DNA of 64,000 nucleotides from Glaucostegus cemiculus (taxonomy: Eukaryota). Numbering within the stretch: the stretch's first letter is position 1; every line of letters begins with the position of its first letter. The notes below the pieces were generated by a model that saw only the letters and a list, made by a program, of their open reading frames with translations, ran no database searches and was not told the origin of the DNA. Shown in pieces: positions 25,372-39,556 of this stretch. Made by a program: the position numbers and the translations under genes. The stretch covers positions 7,192,001 through 7,256,000 of the forward strand of contig CDPCPM010000120.1 in assembly GCA_976551045.1 (NCBI GenBank), written 5' to 3'.

Positions 25372-26811
25372 GTGTAATTGGTGGTTTTAAACAAATGGAT
25401 GATTTTAAGAAAGCACAGTCATAAAAGTATTATGCTTTGATAATTTATTAGTTTTGAAGCTGTTACAGAAAATTTTAATTGTTAAAATTAAAATGTTTTC
25501 ATAAATAATAAAATTGTTAAAGTAAAATCAATTATAATTAGTATAAATGGAACTAAAGAATTTGCCACTTCTATTTGCAAATTTGAGTAATGAGGATGGT
25601 GAGGCTTTCAACTGCTGTTTACATTTATAGCAAACTTCAGTACTAAGTATTTAAATGTTTTAGATCATTCCTCTTCAAAGTTCTGGTGTATGGTTGAGAT
25701 AAAGTTGAGTATTTACTATCTTGACCCATTTTTGCACTGAAAATTTTTATTTCCTATGCAAGTATTTATTTTTCTATGTTTTGGGCAATAGTTTGGGTTA
25801 AAACATTTGGTATTAGCTGAAGGTAAGTAAGATGGCAATGATTAAGAGTATGAATACAAGAATAAACATGTTACAAATAGGGAAAGGTGACCCAACCAGC
25901 AAGGATTGAAGAAGAAAGAACATTAAAGAGAATTGCTATCCAGCTTGACAGAGAAAAGAGAATCAGAGCCAGAAAATAACTTGAGGAGGAAAGAGAACTG
26001 GCAAACAGTTGTTTGCACAGGTGTTCTTGATTTCAACTTGTGTAGGAGAAAGAAATTTTGGAGTTAGAACTTTTATTCTAAATACTCCTTTATATGGAAG
26101 AAAATGATCAACTCATCTGAAATCTGATACCTTTGCAGAGGGAAAAAAAGATTTCATTCTTCAGGTGGACTTCCTGATGGGATATATTATTATTTTTGTC
26201 ACTTATGAAGAATCCCCTCTCGTGGGCCGAACATAAATGCCAGGAGGAAGGATTCAACTACCCTTAGTGAGCATGGAATTCTAGGGGAGGGATGGAAAGG
26301 ACAAAGGTAATATTTCTGATAGTGTGAGACCTAATGGGTTTAATGTGACACTTAAACACAGATTAAGCCTCTTTGTCTGTATGCTGTTGTGCTAATAGCA
26401 GGGTTATGGGATGTGCCCAGCAGGTCAGGCTGTGGTAATGGAGAGAGGAAAACTGAGCAAAAATCAGACATATGACTGCCAGAAATGGGCAGCTTTTCAC
26501 TCTCCATTAGTATAGCCTGATCTAGGGGTACGCCCCACAGTCCTACTATTGGCAGTGCATAACACAGCCATAAGAGCCACTTTATGTTGAATGCCTTGTT
26601 TTTTCACTCTTCTGATCAGTATGCCAAGTGGAAACCAATCAAGAGCCTTGCTAAAAGTCTATGCAGATCTATTTTCTTCTTGGTACAAGTCTGATCTATG
26701 ATTATTGATTCATTCCAGGTTTAGCAGAGCCTATTGCTAACCAAGTCCTTTGAAGTTTAAAAGAAGTAACTGATTAATTGTTTTCAATTATTTGTTTTCA
26801 AGAGACTGTCT

Positions 26812-26915
26812 CACACAAGAGACTGCAGATGCTGGAATCTGGAACAACAACAATGTACTGGAGGAACTCAATGAGTCAAGCAGCATCTGTGGGGGGAAAG
26901 GATGTTTCGGGTCGC
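26812..26915 (-). mobile_element. PLE terminal-repeat fragment
   Basis: CACACAAGAGACTGCAGATGCTGGAATCTGG...CTGGAGGAACTCA.TGAGTCAAGCAGCATCTGTGG. Confidence 0.8.
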
Positions 26916-29019
26916 TTTTGACTTGTTTTCGATTGACTTATTATGTCTATATATCATGAAGTCATCTCCAATTCTCAAAAGTTTTGTCAATAAAGCTTCT
27001 CATTAGTATTCTTAAACCATCTGTAATATTAAAACATTTACTTCATAAATACTATTTGTCTCAGATACAGTTCTTTATGTTACAAGTTAGTTGCTCTTCA
27101 GATGCAAAGGTTCTCAGCTCCCCCTGTCGTGTCTGGCTCAGTACACTGCCGAGGAATTTCATTAGGCCATAAGCCAAACCTTGCATCTGGCCTACTAAGG
27201 AAGAATGAGATGCCAAATTGGAAGTGTTAGGTGATGCTTTGGCATAGATGATGAGCAAATATAGAAGTGTTGAGAGACAACACCAGGTAAGATAGCTTCT
27301 TTTGACAAACATCAAGTGCCATTAGAAATATTGGCTTTGACATGTAATCAACGAAAGGAATCAGCTGTGTTGTTTAGTCCTGAATCTGTACTTGCATTTT
27401 TTATATATTGTGAGGAGTATTAAGCCTGCAACACATTCTGTAGTTATAATGAGAATACCTTGGAACTTCACACAGGGGACTCTCCCCTGTGGATCTTGGC
27501 TTCAGCAGCATGGGTTCATTCTAGCAGATTCCTTTGACCCAAAATTTGTCTAAGAACCTGGTCTAGCATGTTTTGAAGTTGTAGTACGAATATGTATTAA
27601 TAAGCTAATTCTAGGTGAGAGCTAATTAAGATCAAAAATTAACTAAGATCTATACTAACTAATAGCTAATTAACTTTTCAGTGCAATTTTTACCATCTCA
27701 GTTGACAGCATATCTGACTTGCGGAAACCATGGTTTACCAACAGTTTTGGAACCCTAATGTAACCTGGGGAGTGTCTATACTTTGAAAAATCAGTTCTCT
27801 TGGAGGAAGATAATCAGGGGACAATTTCTGTGGTCCAGATTTTCTATGGTCCGGCACCAGTCAGATCCCAAGTGTGCTGGACTAGAGACGCTTCAACATG
27901 TAGATAGATGAGCAATTAAAGGGAGCAAGCAACTGAAGCTAATTCATAAATGGTGTCTGTGATAAAAGATAAACTAAAAAAAGTACAAAGAAGCTATTAA
28001 GAAATATAAAGTGCAAATGAAATCAAAAAAACATGGCAAGATAAGTGGGATTTGATGGGTCAATAAAAAATAAAGCTCTGCATTAAATACATTTAATAGA
28101 TGGGATAAATAGCATGACATTTTCATTAATCAAAAAACTTAAAGAAAAGATTTGGACAGGCAGATTCAAGAACTTCCAAGGATGGAGAACAAGTGAGTTG
28201 ATATTGAAGATGAAAAGGTTTTAAGAATAAACTATAGGTGATGAGGGAAACAATGTGACAATAGTGAAGATACATCACCAATCACTTGTAGAGTGGTTAT
28301 GCAAATGCATTTTGCTCCCTATACACACTAACTGTATAATGTTTGGTGTATTTCATGGTGTGACATAACTTCATGTACTGAACTTTGCTGATATACAGGG
28401 TACAGTGTACATGTTGTATTTCCATTGAATTAGAGCTGACATTCCAATTTATTATACTGCAATCAACTGCAAAAAGCTACAGTTTAATATGGGAATTTTA
28501 GATAATTTATCTTTACAACAGGAGAGCATTTTTCAGTTCCCTAAATTGATGGTATAGATAAAGGTAGAGCTTGTATATCATTGTTTATAATTGTATTCTT
28601 ATTAGTCAGTTCAGCTAGATAGATCGAATAACGTTAGGGGTGAATACTCGTGTTTGGATAATGTCACTCAGCCAGCTCCTATTGCTAAATGTCATCACCT
28701 TCTTCTTTGGTAAATAATCTCACCACATGCCGAATCTGTTTATTACTTAGTAGCATTTTTTTAAAAAAAGATTTCCTTTCCAAAGTTTTGAAGTTGTATC
28801 ATTGAAGATGTAATTGAGAAAGCATTGCAACACTAACACTTTTTTGCAAGTCTCAAAGGTATACAGCTCAACAAAGAAGTAATGTATTTCATGATGAGAC
28901 GAGCTGATATGATTGAGGATCCTTACAACATACTTGCAGTGGGAGAGCAGAATGTTTCTGCCCAAAACAAACTGAGCACTTAAGATACTGTAACCCGTAA
29001 CTTTAAAAAGTTACATTAA

Positions 29020-30330
29020 CAAAACTGTGTATTTAAATAGTTCTATTAATGTGGCAAAATGTCCCAAGGCACTTCATAGAAGTATTAACAAGCATAATTT
29101 GGTACTGATTTACAGAATGATTAATTGGACAGATGTCAAAGACTGTTGTTACGAAACCAGCAACAAAAGAAGCACACCAAGTCATACTTCAGTGTTAAAA
29201 CTACTTTATTAATAACTACATCTGATAATATGTAAAATAAGAATAAAAAGTTAGTATATTAGTACAAAACAAAATATTAGAATCTTAAATTATAACCCCA
29301 AAAACTACTCGTCGTGTGTGTGTGGCAAATTCCTAAACTCCAAGTCCAGGAATTAGTTCTTAAAGTTCAGTTCAGTAAGCCGTAAGATGAAACACGAATA
29401 AAGGCTTCTTCACAAGCACCGTCCACCGAAGACAAAACATAGATATAGAGAGAACTTAGAGAGGAATCACGAAATCTGAATGTTCCACTCAGAACTCAAA
29501 CGACACTTCAGGGCTTACTCGGTAGTGACTTTCTCACCCCGAAAACTCCTTGATCGTGACTGTCCATGCAAATACCTGTGTTCTTCTACAGGTTAGCAGC
29601 AAAGTGAATTCCGTCACTTTGTTCCACAATATCTGCCACTCTGAAGAGTATCCAAAATGTGGTTGTTCACGCAAACACCTGTGTCCTTCTACAGGTTACT
29701 GACAAAGTGAACTCCACTGGACTACTCCAGAAATCCATCCACGGATTTTAGTGACAAACACAGTTACTGTCCTTCATCCATCGACAGAAACAAAACAGGC
29801 TGCCGTCTCTCCTTCTTCTCTCTCTCCGTCTGTTTGTCTCTCTCTCTCTCCTCTCTTTTTCTTTCTTGTAATGACCTCATCACGTTAGTCTTATCTTCTG
29901 TTGACGTAATACGTTCTTATAGGTGCACACACACAATGTCCCATCTTAAAGGGATATTTGCCTATAGTAAGCTACTTCGTAACACTGTGATTAAAAATAA
30001 ATCAAGTTTTCAAGGAGGGAAGAGGCAGGGACGAACAAATTCCAAAGCCTTAGGTCTTGGTAGTCAATGGCACAGTGACTAACGATGGAGAAATTAATTC
30101 AGTGTTGATCAAGGGACCAGAATTGGAGGAGTGAAGGGGAGAATACTTCAGAGAAAAAAGATTTAAAAGAACACTGAGGATATAAAAAAAAACAAGACAT
30201 TTCTTAGCTGGAAACCAATGTAGAACAGCAAGTATAAGCATGAATGAACTGGACCTGATGTGGGTAAGGACATAGGCAGCAGATGAGTGATCTCAGATTT
30301 GTGAAAGGTAGGTCAAAGGCAACCAGGAAT
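29020..30330 (-). mobile_element. Old L2-like LINE 3' end, interrupted by the solo LTR
   Basis: TGTATTTAAATAG...AAAATGTCCCAAGGCACTTCA left of the LTR, continuing after 29988 (TTCCAAAGCCTTAGGTCTTGGTAG...GGAAACCAATGTAG..CAGCAAG). Confidence 0.45.
29147..29984 (-). mobile_element. Solo LTR (838 bp), Gypsy-like, with 4-bp TSD CTGT
   Basis: Begins TGTTACGAA and ends TTCGTAACA (terminal inverted repeat, TG...CA). CTGT at 29143-29146 and 29985-29988. AATAAA on the - strand ~60 bp from the end. Second copy at 59806. Confidence 0.93.
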
Positions 30331-30374
30331 ATATTAGAATAGGCATATCTCGGGACAACAAAGGTAAATGGATT

Positions 30375-31050
30375 ATTCTTCTTCATAGGCAGTCCCTCAG
30401 GATTGGGTATGTTCTGCTTCCACTTAGCTTATTGGTTCTGAGGTGCATAGTGAGTCCACGTTTGGACTTAGGCTGTGATGAGGTCTGAAGCTAAGTGGTC
30501 CTGGTGAAATCAAACTAGACATCATTTAGAAAGTTATTGCACTCAATAGCACTGTTGATGACAAGTTCCATCACTTTGCTGATGATTGAGAGTGGTCTGA
30601 TTGGGTATTAATTAGCTGCACTGGATTTGCCCTGTTTTTTGTCAACACGACCTATCTATGCAATTTTCCATGTTGTTGGGCAGATTTCAATGTTGAAACT
30701 ACACTGAAACAGTTAGTTTTAGTGCACAAGTCTTCACGTCTATAGCTAGAATATCATCTGGCCTTTGCCCTGTCCAGTACTTCCAGCCATTTCATGTCGT
30801 GTGGGAGTAGATGAAATTGACTGGAGAGGAGACAGGTTTCTGTGACTTCTACAAATACTGTCATGAACAGATCCATTAGCACAGGTAGATAATAGGTTTA
30901 TCCATCATGGAGATTCACTCACCTCCTGCTGTAGACCCAGTCTGGCAGCCAGAGCTGGTGCTAACAAGCTGCTCTTCGGAATGGACATTGAAGTCCCCCT
31001 TCTACAATACATCCTGTGCCTGTGCTACTTTCAATGCTTCTTTCAAGTGT
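30375..31050 (-). mobile_element. LINE fragments: possible RTE 3' tail (~30375-30490) and CR1/L2-group RT fragment (~30530-31050)
   Basis: (TTC)n followed by AGGCAGTCCCTC. Minus strand ~30540-30605 translates PIRPLSIISKVMELVINSAI (PISLLSxxSKVME motif). Confidence 0.55.
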
Positions 31051-31609
31051 AAACATTTTGGGATACCATTAACTTGAAAGCAATGAATGTCCCCTAATCT
31101 AAGTCAGCTGTCCCATGATTAAGTTCAGAAACAAAGAACAGGTATTGGAGCCATTAAGTAGCTTTGCTTAACCTTGAAAATTTTGAAATTTTGAATAAAT
31201 TCATATTTGGATATTTGGTGGCCATTTATGGAATAGATGAACTTTTGGGGGGTAGAATAACCTATGGATTATTTCTGTTGACTGTGACAAAAAGCCTTTA
31301 GCCGAGTTGAAACTGCATGTGGATTATCTTCTGCTATAAGCACTTTTCCTGGCACCGCCTCAGGACAAAAGTCATCTCTAATGTACTCCAGTTTGGTCTA
31401 AGATCACAGTAGGCTTTCAGCAGGTTCTCTCTGATATGTTTGCAATGAGCTCAGAAGGAAAAAAAATGCCCATTGAATTTCCTGCAGAGAGCTTTGCTGG
31501 CTTTTTATTTGGATCTTGTTTTTGAATTGTGATACAATATTGGCATCCTGTACTGCTCTAAGAAAAAGTGTGCAAGAGAAAAAAAAAACTACCTCCTCTA
31601 ATTTCCTCC

Positions 31610-31725
31610 TTTGTTACAGTGGATAACAGTAATAGCATTTCACAAGTACATAATTGATTGTAAAGTGCTTTGGGATGTCCAGAGGTTGTGAAGAGCATTA
31701 TGTTAAATTCAAGTTCATTCATTCA
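31610..31725 (+). mobile_element. Deu-type SINE 3' portion
   Basis: CATTTCACAAGTAC.TAATTG.TTGTAAAGTGCTTTGGGATGTCC.GAGGTTGTGAA, followed by a (TTCA)n tail. Confidence 0.6.
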
Positions 31726-31851
31726 AGAACACACTTTACTAAAATCTACAACATTGAAAGTTGATATTAATTAACTATTATAGTATATTTATGGCACAAT
31801 ATCAAGAAAGTTCATGCCAGTATTATTTTTTCCATTTGAATTCTTAATTTA

Positions 31852-31975
31852 GAACATAGAACATAGAAAAACCACAGCACAATTCAGGCCCTTTGGCCCA
31901 CAAAGCTGTGCCGAACAGGTCCCTACACTAGAAATTACTGGGCATTCCCATAGCCCTCTATTTTACTTAGCTCCA
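31852..31975 (-). mobile_element. Short CR1 3' end with 7-bp TSD
   Basis: (AGAACAT)n tail plus CACAGCACAATTCAGGCCCTTTGGCCCACAAAGCTGTGCCGAAC; TAATTTA at 31845-31851 and 31976-31982. Confidence 0.8.
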
Positions 31976-34900
31976 TAATTTATAAATACACAATCCAAAA
32001 AAAATACAGACAAAATGTTTCTCTCTGTGCTTGACAAAAAATAATTGCATCAGACAAATCAGATAATAAAATGAGAAGAACGAACACCCACTAAGCATTC
32101 TATCCACTTTAATTCTCTTATGGGCATCAAGTTTCCCAGCCCAGTTTTTCTCTTCATTCTAGTCCAGCAATTTATGCCCAAGCATGACAAAAATGTTGTG
32201 CTGCTGAAAAATCTGTTTTTGTCTCATGTGGTGTTGCAGCCTAAATTTCTCCTGTTGCTAAACTGAACAATGTGCAATTTTTATTCATACTTTTGAAAAC
32301 TTAACTAAATTGCCAGTTCTTTTCACAGGCCAACCAACATGCTTTCCAAATTGAACAATTACTACATTCAAGTATATGAGACAAGCGTTATTCAGTTTTC
32401 TATCCCTGACTAACACTTTGCTTGCCATCTGTGGTTAAGTGCTGCATTGCAGAAGAATAAACTGTGCCTTGATACAACCTGCTAAGGCATTTTACTATTT
32501 TCATATGTAAAGATGCTCAAGTGAAGTAATGCACTTCTCCATGTTGTTCCCTTTTTAAGTATTGCGTTTGATTTTAAGGATGTACTGAAGGTCTGACATG
32601 TTTGTTTTTTAAAATGAACTTAACTGTAATTTTAAATGTCCAGCCAGTGGTCTCATTTGGCTGTTCTACAACTTTTCACAAGCAAAGACAAAGGGAATAC
32701 ACCATGTTTTCTCTTTATACTGGCTCCTTCAGTATTAATGACCCCCACATTAAGAACATCTTCATGATGCTTTCTGTATATACAAGATAGACTTCCATAG
32801 ACTGACTTGTACATGACCAACACACATTATTTTTCATGGATAGAGGAGTCAGAATGTTTCCATGTAAGTAATGTATTATATATGTATGGAATATTCTTAT
32901 CAAGCTAACTTTTTGAATTGCTTAACAGCTTTTTCTGTAGTAAAATATGAAATATATCAATCTGGGAGAAATTTTGAGCAAAGCTTGGTAACTTCAAAGG
33001 AACCTTAAAGTCTCAGTAAGAAATGGATTCTGCAAGTTTTTCAATATAATTTTGTAAATGCAAGTACAAAGAAAATTGCAAAGCCTTATAACAATATGTG
33101 TATTTTTTTAATGCAGATCTGAAAATACTGGTATATTTTAATCTCTGTAGAACTCCAGACAAGTGTAGAACCTTTCCGTAGTTTGTCAAGGGAGAAAATT
33201 ATTTCCCACGCAATAAGGCTGGTTGTATAAAATTAATCATAACAAAAATTGATGCTGTTCCCAGCGTTTACATAAGTGAGTTCAGAATCTTTGATTGACC
33301 ACAATATTGAGTGTTTAATCAACTATTGTTTGTTGTTCTTGGTTACATTTGTACTTAGCTTAGCTGTAATAAGTGATATTGAACTCCGATGATTGGAAAT
33401 ATTGATACCCTATATCACATCCATTTCCTACACTAGAAATAACATTCAACTGTCTAGCATTACTTAAATCAGGACCAATTCATGTCAAGTAATTGTTGGT
33501 TGTGCTAGCTAGATTTTTGAATTACATTCTGGTTAATGTCTTATGATGACTTTAATCTAATAATATTTAATACTTATCTGTTAAAACTGTTGGTAATACA
33601 TGGACATTCAAGGCCATATGAGCACATTTTTAAACTGTCATATCTGAATTACACTATAGATACATGTAAATTTGAAAGCTAAGTCTGGGTTACACAAGTC
33701 AAAACCAGTGGCATTAATGCTGGACGTGTGTGCCGTCTGCATGGAACAACCAGAAGCATTCAATTTTTCTTTTGCAAGCCGAAATTTAGTTTTGTTACCA
33801 GGAGTGAGATATGTGCCTGAGTGCGCAGAGTCTCAGCTTTGCCAAAAGTAATTCTGTGGCCTTTTGTGAAGTGGTAAGGATCTCTAACCAATCTCTCATG
33901 CTCTGGAAAATTATGATATCACACTTCAGTTGTATTCTGTATGGTATCAACCCACAAGCAGTGTGAGGTGGCATTTATGGAGGTGTCTAATGCTACACTG
34001 TGCAATTAAAGTGGATGTGATTTGAATTTTATTGTCACATATGTTAATCCATCATCACAACAATGGTACAGCAACTAAATAATTGTACATTTTAATTTAA
34101 ATAGCTACATATTGTTTTGCTGTTAGTATTATTTGAGTGATATCTGAATAAGGATTGATTGTCTTGTGACATAATAAAACAGAATACATTTTCCACATGA
34201 CATTGATTTTATTCATGCTGTGTGCTCTATGCATTTTTCCATAAGTCTGTTTGCCTTCTATTTTTCATGGTTATTTTTGTATATTTTGTTGTTTCACTTT
34301 GTTCTTCATTTTTTGTTTTGGTTCATTCAGTTATTTAGAAATATGCGCACATTTTCCTTTTTTGTGTTCAGCCTTCTCAGTCTTTCCATTAAAGTAATGG
34401 TATCCTAGTGTCATTGCACTCATTTTTTTGTCCACCCATTTTCTCATTTACATCTTGAGGTGCTGAAAAGCCCCTTGTGAAGAGATTATTTAGTAAAAGT
34501 ATCATGCTCATTAATCTCTTGTCATTGGAAGCACTCTTGCAGGATTAAGGGTAATTGGAATATCTGGAACAAATTATAGTGTGCTGAATTGTACTGTATA
34601 GCCACTGTTATTATTCATACACAGGACAAGTATTAGTGGAATGGGAAGAAGCTCTTTGTGATCAAGAAATCTAGATAGAAAGATGAAGAAGTTTCTCCAT
34701 TTTCAATTCCATTAATCAATGGAACAAACATTAGCATTCAGAAGTTGAGGAATTCTGACATGTACTTATAATATGTAGGCTACATTTTTCTGCTTTTTTC
34801 TAATATGCTGCTTATTTTCCTTATTACTAAAATATGGGATGTGGCATTATGATATATTTGATAAATAGTCAAAGTTTATAAGAACAAAGTATGCACTGTT

Positions 34901-35323
34901 TTTACTTGGCTGTTCTATGCTGTAACTATTTGAGTAAAACATTGTTAGATACAATAAGGACTAATATCGACAAGTAGTGTGGGCAGATCTTTCACTGACC
35001 TTGAGATCATTGCCTGCTTCCCCTTGGACCATGATGTTTCTTCCAATGCAGTCCCAAGTGCAATCTTAGAGCTCAAGAGTGTGGCACATTGCAGAGTAAG
35101 TGGTCAGCTGCAATCACAGAATAATTTTGGCTCTGCTCCCAGGACTACCTAGTGTCATTTAAATTGAATGTTTTTGATATTTCATTCAAAAATGCCCAGA
35201 AATTATGAAAAAATAACTATTTAAAAAAATTAAAACATTGAAAAGCATTTGCACATTCTTAAAGATTAGCTAGATATATTTAAACAACCTGCATTAAATC
35301 AAAGTATATACTGTATGTCTACT

Positions 35324-35614
35324 TTAAGATTTTTAAGATATCTTTATTAGTCACATGTACATTGAAACACAGTGAAATGCATCTGTCGCGTAGAGTGTTC
35401 TGGGGGCAGCCCGCAAGTGTCGCCATGCTTCTGGCACCAACATAGCATGCCTACTGCTTCCTAACTGGTATGTCTTTGAAATGTGGGAGGAAACCAGAAC
35501 ACCTGGAGGAAACCCACGGGGAGAACGTACAAACTCCTTACAGAGAGTGGCCGGAATTGAACCAGGGTCGCTGGCACTGTAATAGCGTTATGCTAACTGC
35601 TACACTACCGTGGC
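35324..35614 (-). mobile_element. tRNA-derived V-SINE (HE1/HER1-like), full length
   Basis: Aligns end to end with 8004-8294; B-box GGTTCAATTCC on the - strand. Confidence 0.9.
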
Positions 35615-37729
35615 TTTCTTCCCATTACTAGTTCTCTCTGTTGATTTCATAGGCATTGCTGTTTGCAGCACAAGCTGACAGCCCAAGAAATGGGAAGTCT
35701 ATGCTATCCCATTTGACCGTTTGGGGAGTTAGCATGGACCATTATTAGTGACTTGATATTTCTCAGGGAAGGAAGTAGTTGACTGAACACTACTGAACAT
35801 AGTGTAAGAAATGCTTCGGTGAATGACACCAAAATTGATTATAAAAACTGGAAGTCCAAAATCAAAAACAATATTCCAACCACACCACTGAAAAATAAAT
35901 AAACTGCACAAGTCCTGTTAAATTTAAATTTGCACAGTCTATTAGTTACATAATTGTTAGTACATTATCAAATTCATTTACTGCCCTCTAATTGAAATAT
36001 AAATTTTGTAAGGTAATTGCCTTTGTTTTACTCCATCAGGAGCATTCTCTAAAATCAGCTGAGAGTTTCATTTTAGGAAGATTTTAAAACAAGCAAACCT
36101 GTTTGTTTCTGAAAAATAGTACATTGAAATTCTTCACTATGCTGAACTGTACTGTTGTTTTTCCTTAAAATTCTTTCATTTTGTGGAACTTTAAGCAGAA
36201 TAACTTGTTGCAAAATAGTATGCTTCAGGTCATAAGTAAATACATTTTGATTGAAATACATATTTTACTATGGTGCACTGTTTCACTGAACAGAACATTT
36301 TCCTTTTGTATTAAATATGTATATCATCTCAACTCCTATTAGATTTCTATTGGTGTGTATTTCCTTGTTTATTGTCTCACAGGTGAACTTTAATTTCTAT
36401 TTAATAAGCATTGATACAGTGATGAGAATTTTAAAATTGAGTTATTGCTTGGCTGGTTAATGTTTGAATGAAGTTTGGTACAGTTTAGGAAACAAACTGG
36501 TTGAACTCAAGTCTTAGTTTTCTATAGCTCCTCTACTCCTTCAAGATGCTACTTTTGTCATCTGAGAAGAACTACAATTTTCAACTATATTTTCATATTT
36601 TCAACAATGAAGTTGGGACCTTCCAATAGCTCATAAACCAGCATACATGGGACCAGAATTTCTTACTCATTGCTGGGTGGATTTCCTCTTGATTTCTTGC
36701 ACAGGAGTTAGGAAAGGAGCCACCTATTGCCTAGTTCTCTTCTAGTCTGTGATTTCCACTACTATTTGTGTTGTGCTTCAAAGATGTAATCCCCTCTCTC
36801 TAAGCAGCCTGATATAAGCAGCTGATATACCACTGATTAAGTTGATGCTAATAGAATTTTGGTGATTTTCTTCCTCCCTGCTTCCACAGGAGTCTCTAGC
36901 TGAAGGGTGGATCATTAGGATGTAGCATTGTTGGCAATTCAGCTTGAAGTCAAGCTTGTTACTTTTACTGAAGTAAATGAGAGGTTTCAAGTGATATGTA
37001 AACAGCCACCAGCCTCATTTTCACTAGCGCTCATGATATTGTCTTCCTGAGTGATCTCATGCTTTTCTTGCTCTGTTTAGATTGGGCCTATAATGTTGGT
37101 CACTTCACCGTTCTCCTTTCATTACACACTTTGTGGCACAGAAAGACAAAACAAAAGGTTGTGAAAGGTTGTTGAGAAGTTTAACTGCAGATATATTGGG
37201 CTTGTGTTGCAACAGGAGGCCAGCCAGATGTAAATAAGGGTGAAAAGTTAAAACCATTTAGGCATTATAGTTGTGGCACGTCACCAAAGTTCCTTCTGCC
37301 CTTTCATCTGGGCTATAGTAGAGTTTAAAATCAATTGTACCTTTATTTTCAGGAGGGGAAATATTTAATCTTAAAAAATAGGAATGTAGGCAAAGTACAA
37401 GATTTGTATTTAAAAATAGGTTCAAAGTGAACAGACTTAATTGCCATACAGTATTAAAATTATTTAAATTGAATTTATCCAATTTAAGTTGGAAACAATT
37501 CAGAAAACCTAGAGTTTGTTGATGTATGTCGAATCCAAAATGATTACACTCTCGTGACTGGCATACTATAATTTAACAAAACTTTGTCAGGAAGCTTGTG
37601 AAATAGTGTTGAAAAGCACAGTAGGTCAATTTTGTAGTGATTTGTGACTTGCAAACACAATGTTACTTAATCAGGAGTCCATTAAAAAATCTGGTACCTG
37701 GCTTAGCACTCTGTGTACATTCCCAGGAA

Positions 37730-37960
37730 CATAAGTGTTAATGGAGTTAGCTTTGAAAGTATCCTCTCCAAGCTTACAGGTCCTCCTCAGCTTCTGAACA
37801 CCTGACTTATGGACAGCGCATACATACGAGCAATGTTCCAGATGCGGGGCTTCAGACATCTTCTGGGAATTTGGTTCACGGTCGCATTTCTGACCTGTGT
37901 ACTGTTCAAGTTACCCTTGCTCTCCCCACTGCTGCACTGGGAATCTCAGTGCTGAGAATC
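37730..37960 (+). mobile_element. Very degenerate RTE-like LINE fragment
   Basis: MFQMRGFRHLLGIW resembles RTE ORF FHMRCLRxILGIxW; preceded by ISVNGVSFESI. Confidence 0.4.
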
Positions 37961-38714
37961 TGATAAGAATCCAGCAATGAATTACCCCTTGGTTCAGTGT
38001 AGAGTGGCTGCCTATGAGGGCTGGTGTTGAGCCGGTCAGAGAAAGTGGTGCAGCTACTCAGCGCCAAGATGTGAGGCTTAGCTGACATGGTGAGTGTTTG
38101 CCTTTGACGGGTATAGGCAGTGGCAGTTTGATGAGTGGTCAGACCATCCAGATCCTGTAGTTTCTCCTCCTGATAGATGTTTTGGAAGCTGCTGTTATCC
38201 CCTCTTGTTGTTTGGTTGCACAGTTCACCCCAGCCCATAGTTTTCTCTGTGGTAACAAGTTCATGGTGGTCAGAAGACTTAAGGGGTGAGGAAGAGTTAT
38301 TTTACTAGCAATAGTTATTGCCTGGAATTTTCTGGCTGTAGGGATGGGGCAATCAATCATTTAGCATCTTCAGAAAGGAACTGGATTGCATTTGAGAGAG
38401 AATGATTTGCAGGACTTTGGGGAATTCATTGGAGAATTGAAATCCAGAATAGTACAACTGCAAGAGCAATCTCATTACATTATACTAGTGGGTCATCATT
38501 GGGCAGGACTGTTGTTGACATGTTAACATCTTAAATGTAATATGTAGCTCTAGTTTTAATAACAGTTGTGAGGCATTCACCACTCTGCAGGTACTTCAAT
38601 CATTTTTGTGAAAGTGCCTTCAAAATGGCACCAGCAACAAAGCAGCAAGTACCTTACTGCTATTTTAACTACTGGCTTATTCTTTCTCATCTGGCGGGTA
38701 GGCTTGAAACCATG

Positions 38715-38916
38715 GAAACTGTTTTTAATAAAAATCTAGAAATATAAACTGATCATGTGGCTTTCTAATTATTCCAAGCAGAGCAAACACTTGAAACTTT
38801 TTTTGAATTCTCCTCGCATCAGCATGAAAAGTTTTTAGGCTTAATGAAGGTAAACATGACACATAAATTTAAGATTATGAAGGCCAGATCTTTTGAGTTT
38901 ATCATGATTGCTTAAC
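38715..38916 (+). repeat. Copy 1 of a ~200-bp local direct duplication
   Basis: Aligns to 39557-39756; shared GAAACTGTTTTTAATAAAA and AAGGTAAACATGACACA.AAATTTAAGATTATGAAGGCCAGA. Confidence 0.9.
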
Positions 38917-39556
38917 TTTAGTTTCAATGTTCATGGAATATTTTTCCAAGACACTTTCAACTGGTTTTGAATCTGACATAAAATGACTGGATCTTTCTGA
39001 TTTGTTCCTTATATCAAATCATTAAACCCAGGTGTAAAATTATGCCTTCATCATTTAAGGAGAGATTTTTAAACAGTCTTCAGCATCTTTGAGTTTATAT
39101 CATAAGCCTGAAACAATTGGCTCTCACTTTAGGTGGATATAAAGTGATTAATTTTATACTTAACTGGGTACTTATTCACTCCAAAATGAAAATAATGTTA
39201 GAACTTCAGAAATGTACTAAGTATAGAGTATAGAATCTTTGATGTAGAATTTCAACAAATATTTTTTTAAGAACCATCCACATCTTTATTTTTGTTGTAG
39301 AAATACTTATATATTACTTTCCATGGAAAATCTGTAAATATTACAGTTGAAAGAAATTATGTTCCAATGATTCTCATCTGTCTGCACTTTTATCACTGAG
39401 AATAGAAATCCCTGATGAATATGTTCAACTTAGAAATTTTGAGAGATTTGCTAACCACTTAATCTTCAGCCACAATGTACTTATTATTATTCTCTAGAAC
39501 TGGATAGAAATAGTAAAGATGTCCAGCAAACTTTATTTACAGCAGATCAGAACTGT

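Noticed and set aside
27720-27902. Possible Tigger/Tc1-mariner-like MITE end (GGACTAGAGACGCTTCAACATGTA)
   Set aside because: No matching left TIR could be identified.
37834-37950. MFQMRGFRHLLGIWFTVAFLTCVLF as a signal-peptide first exon
   Set aside because: Better explained as a decayed RTE ORF; stop follows soon and there is no splice donor.
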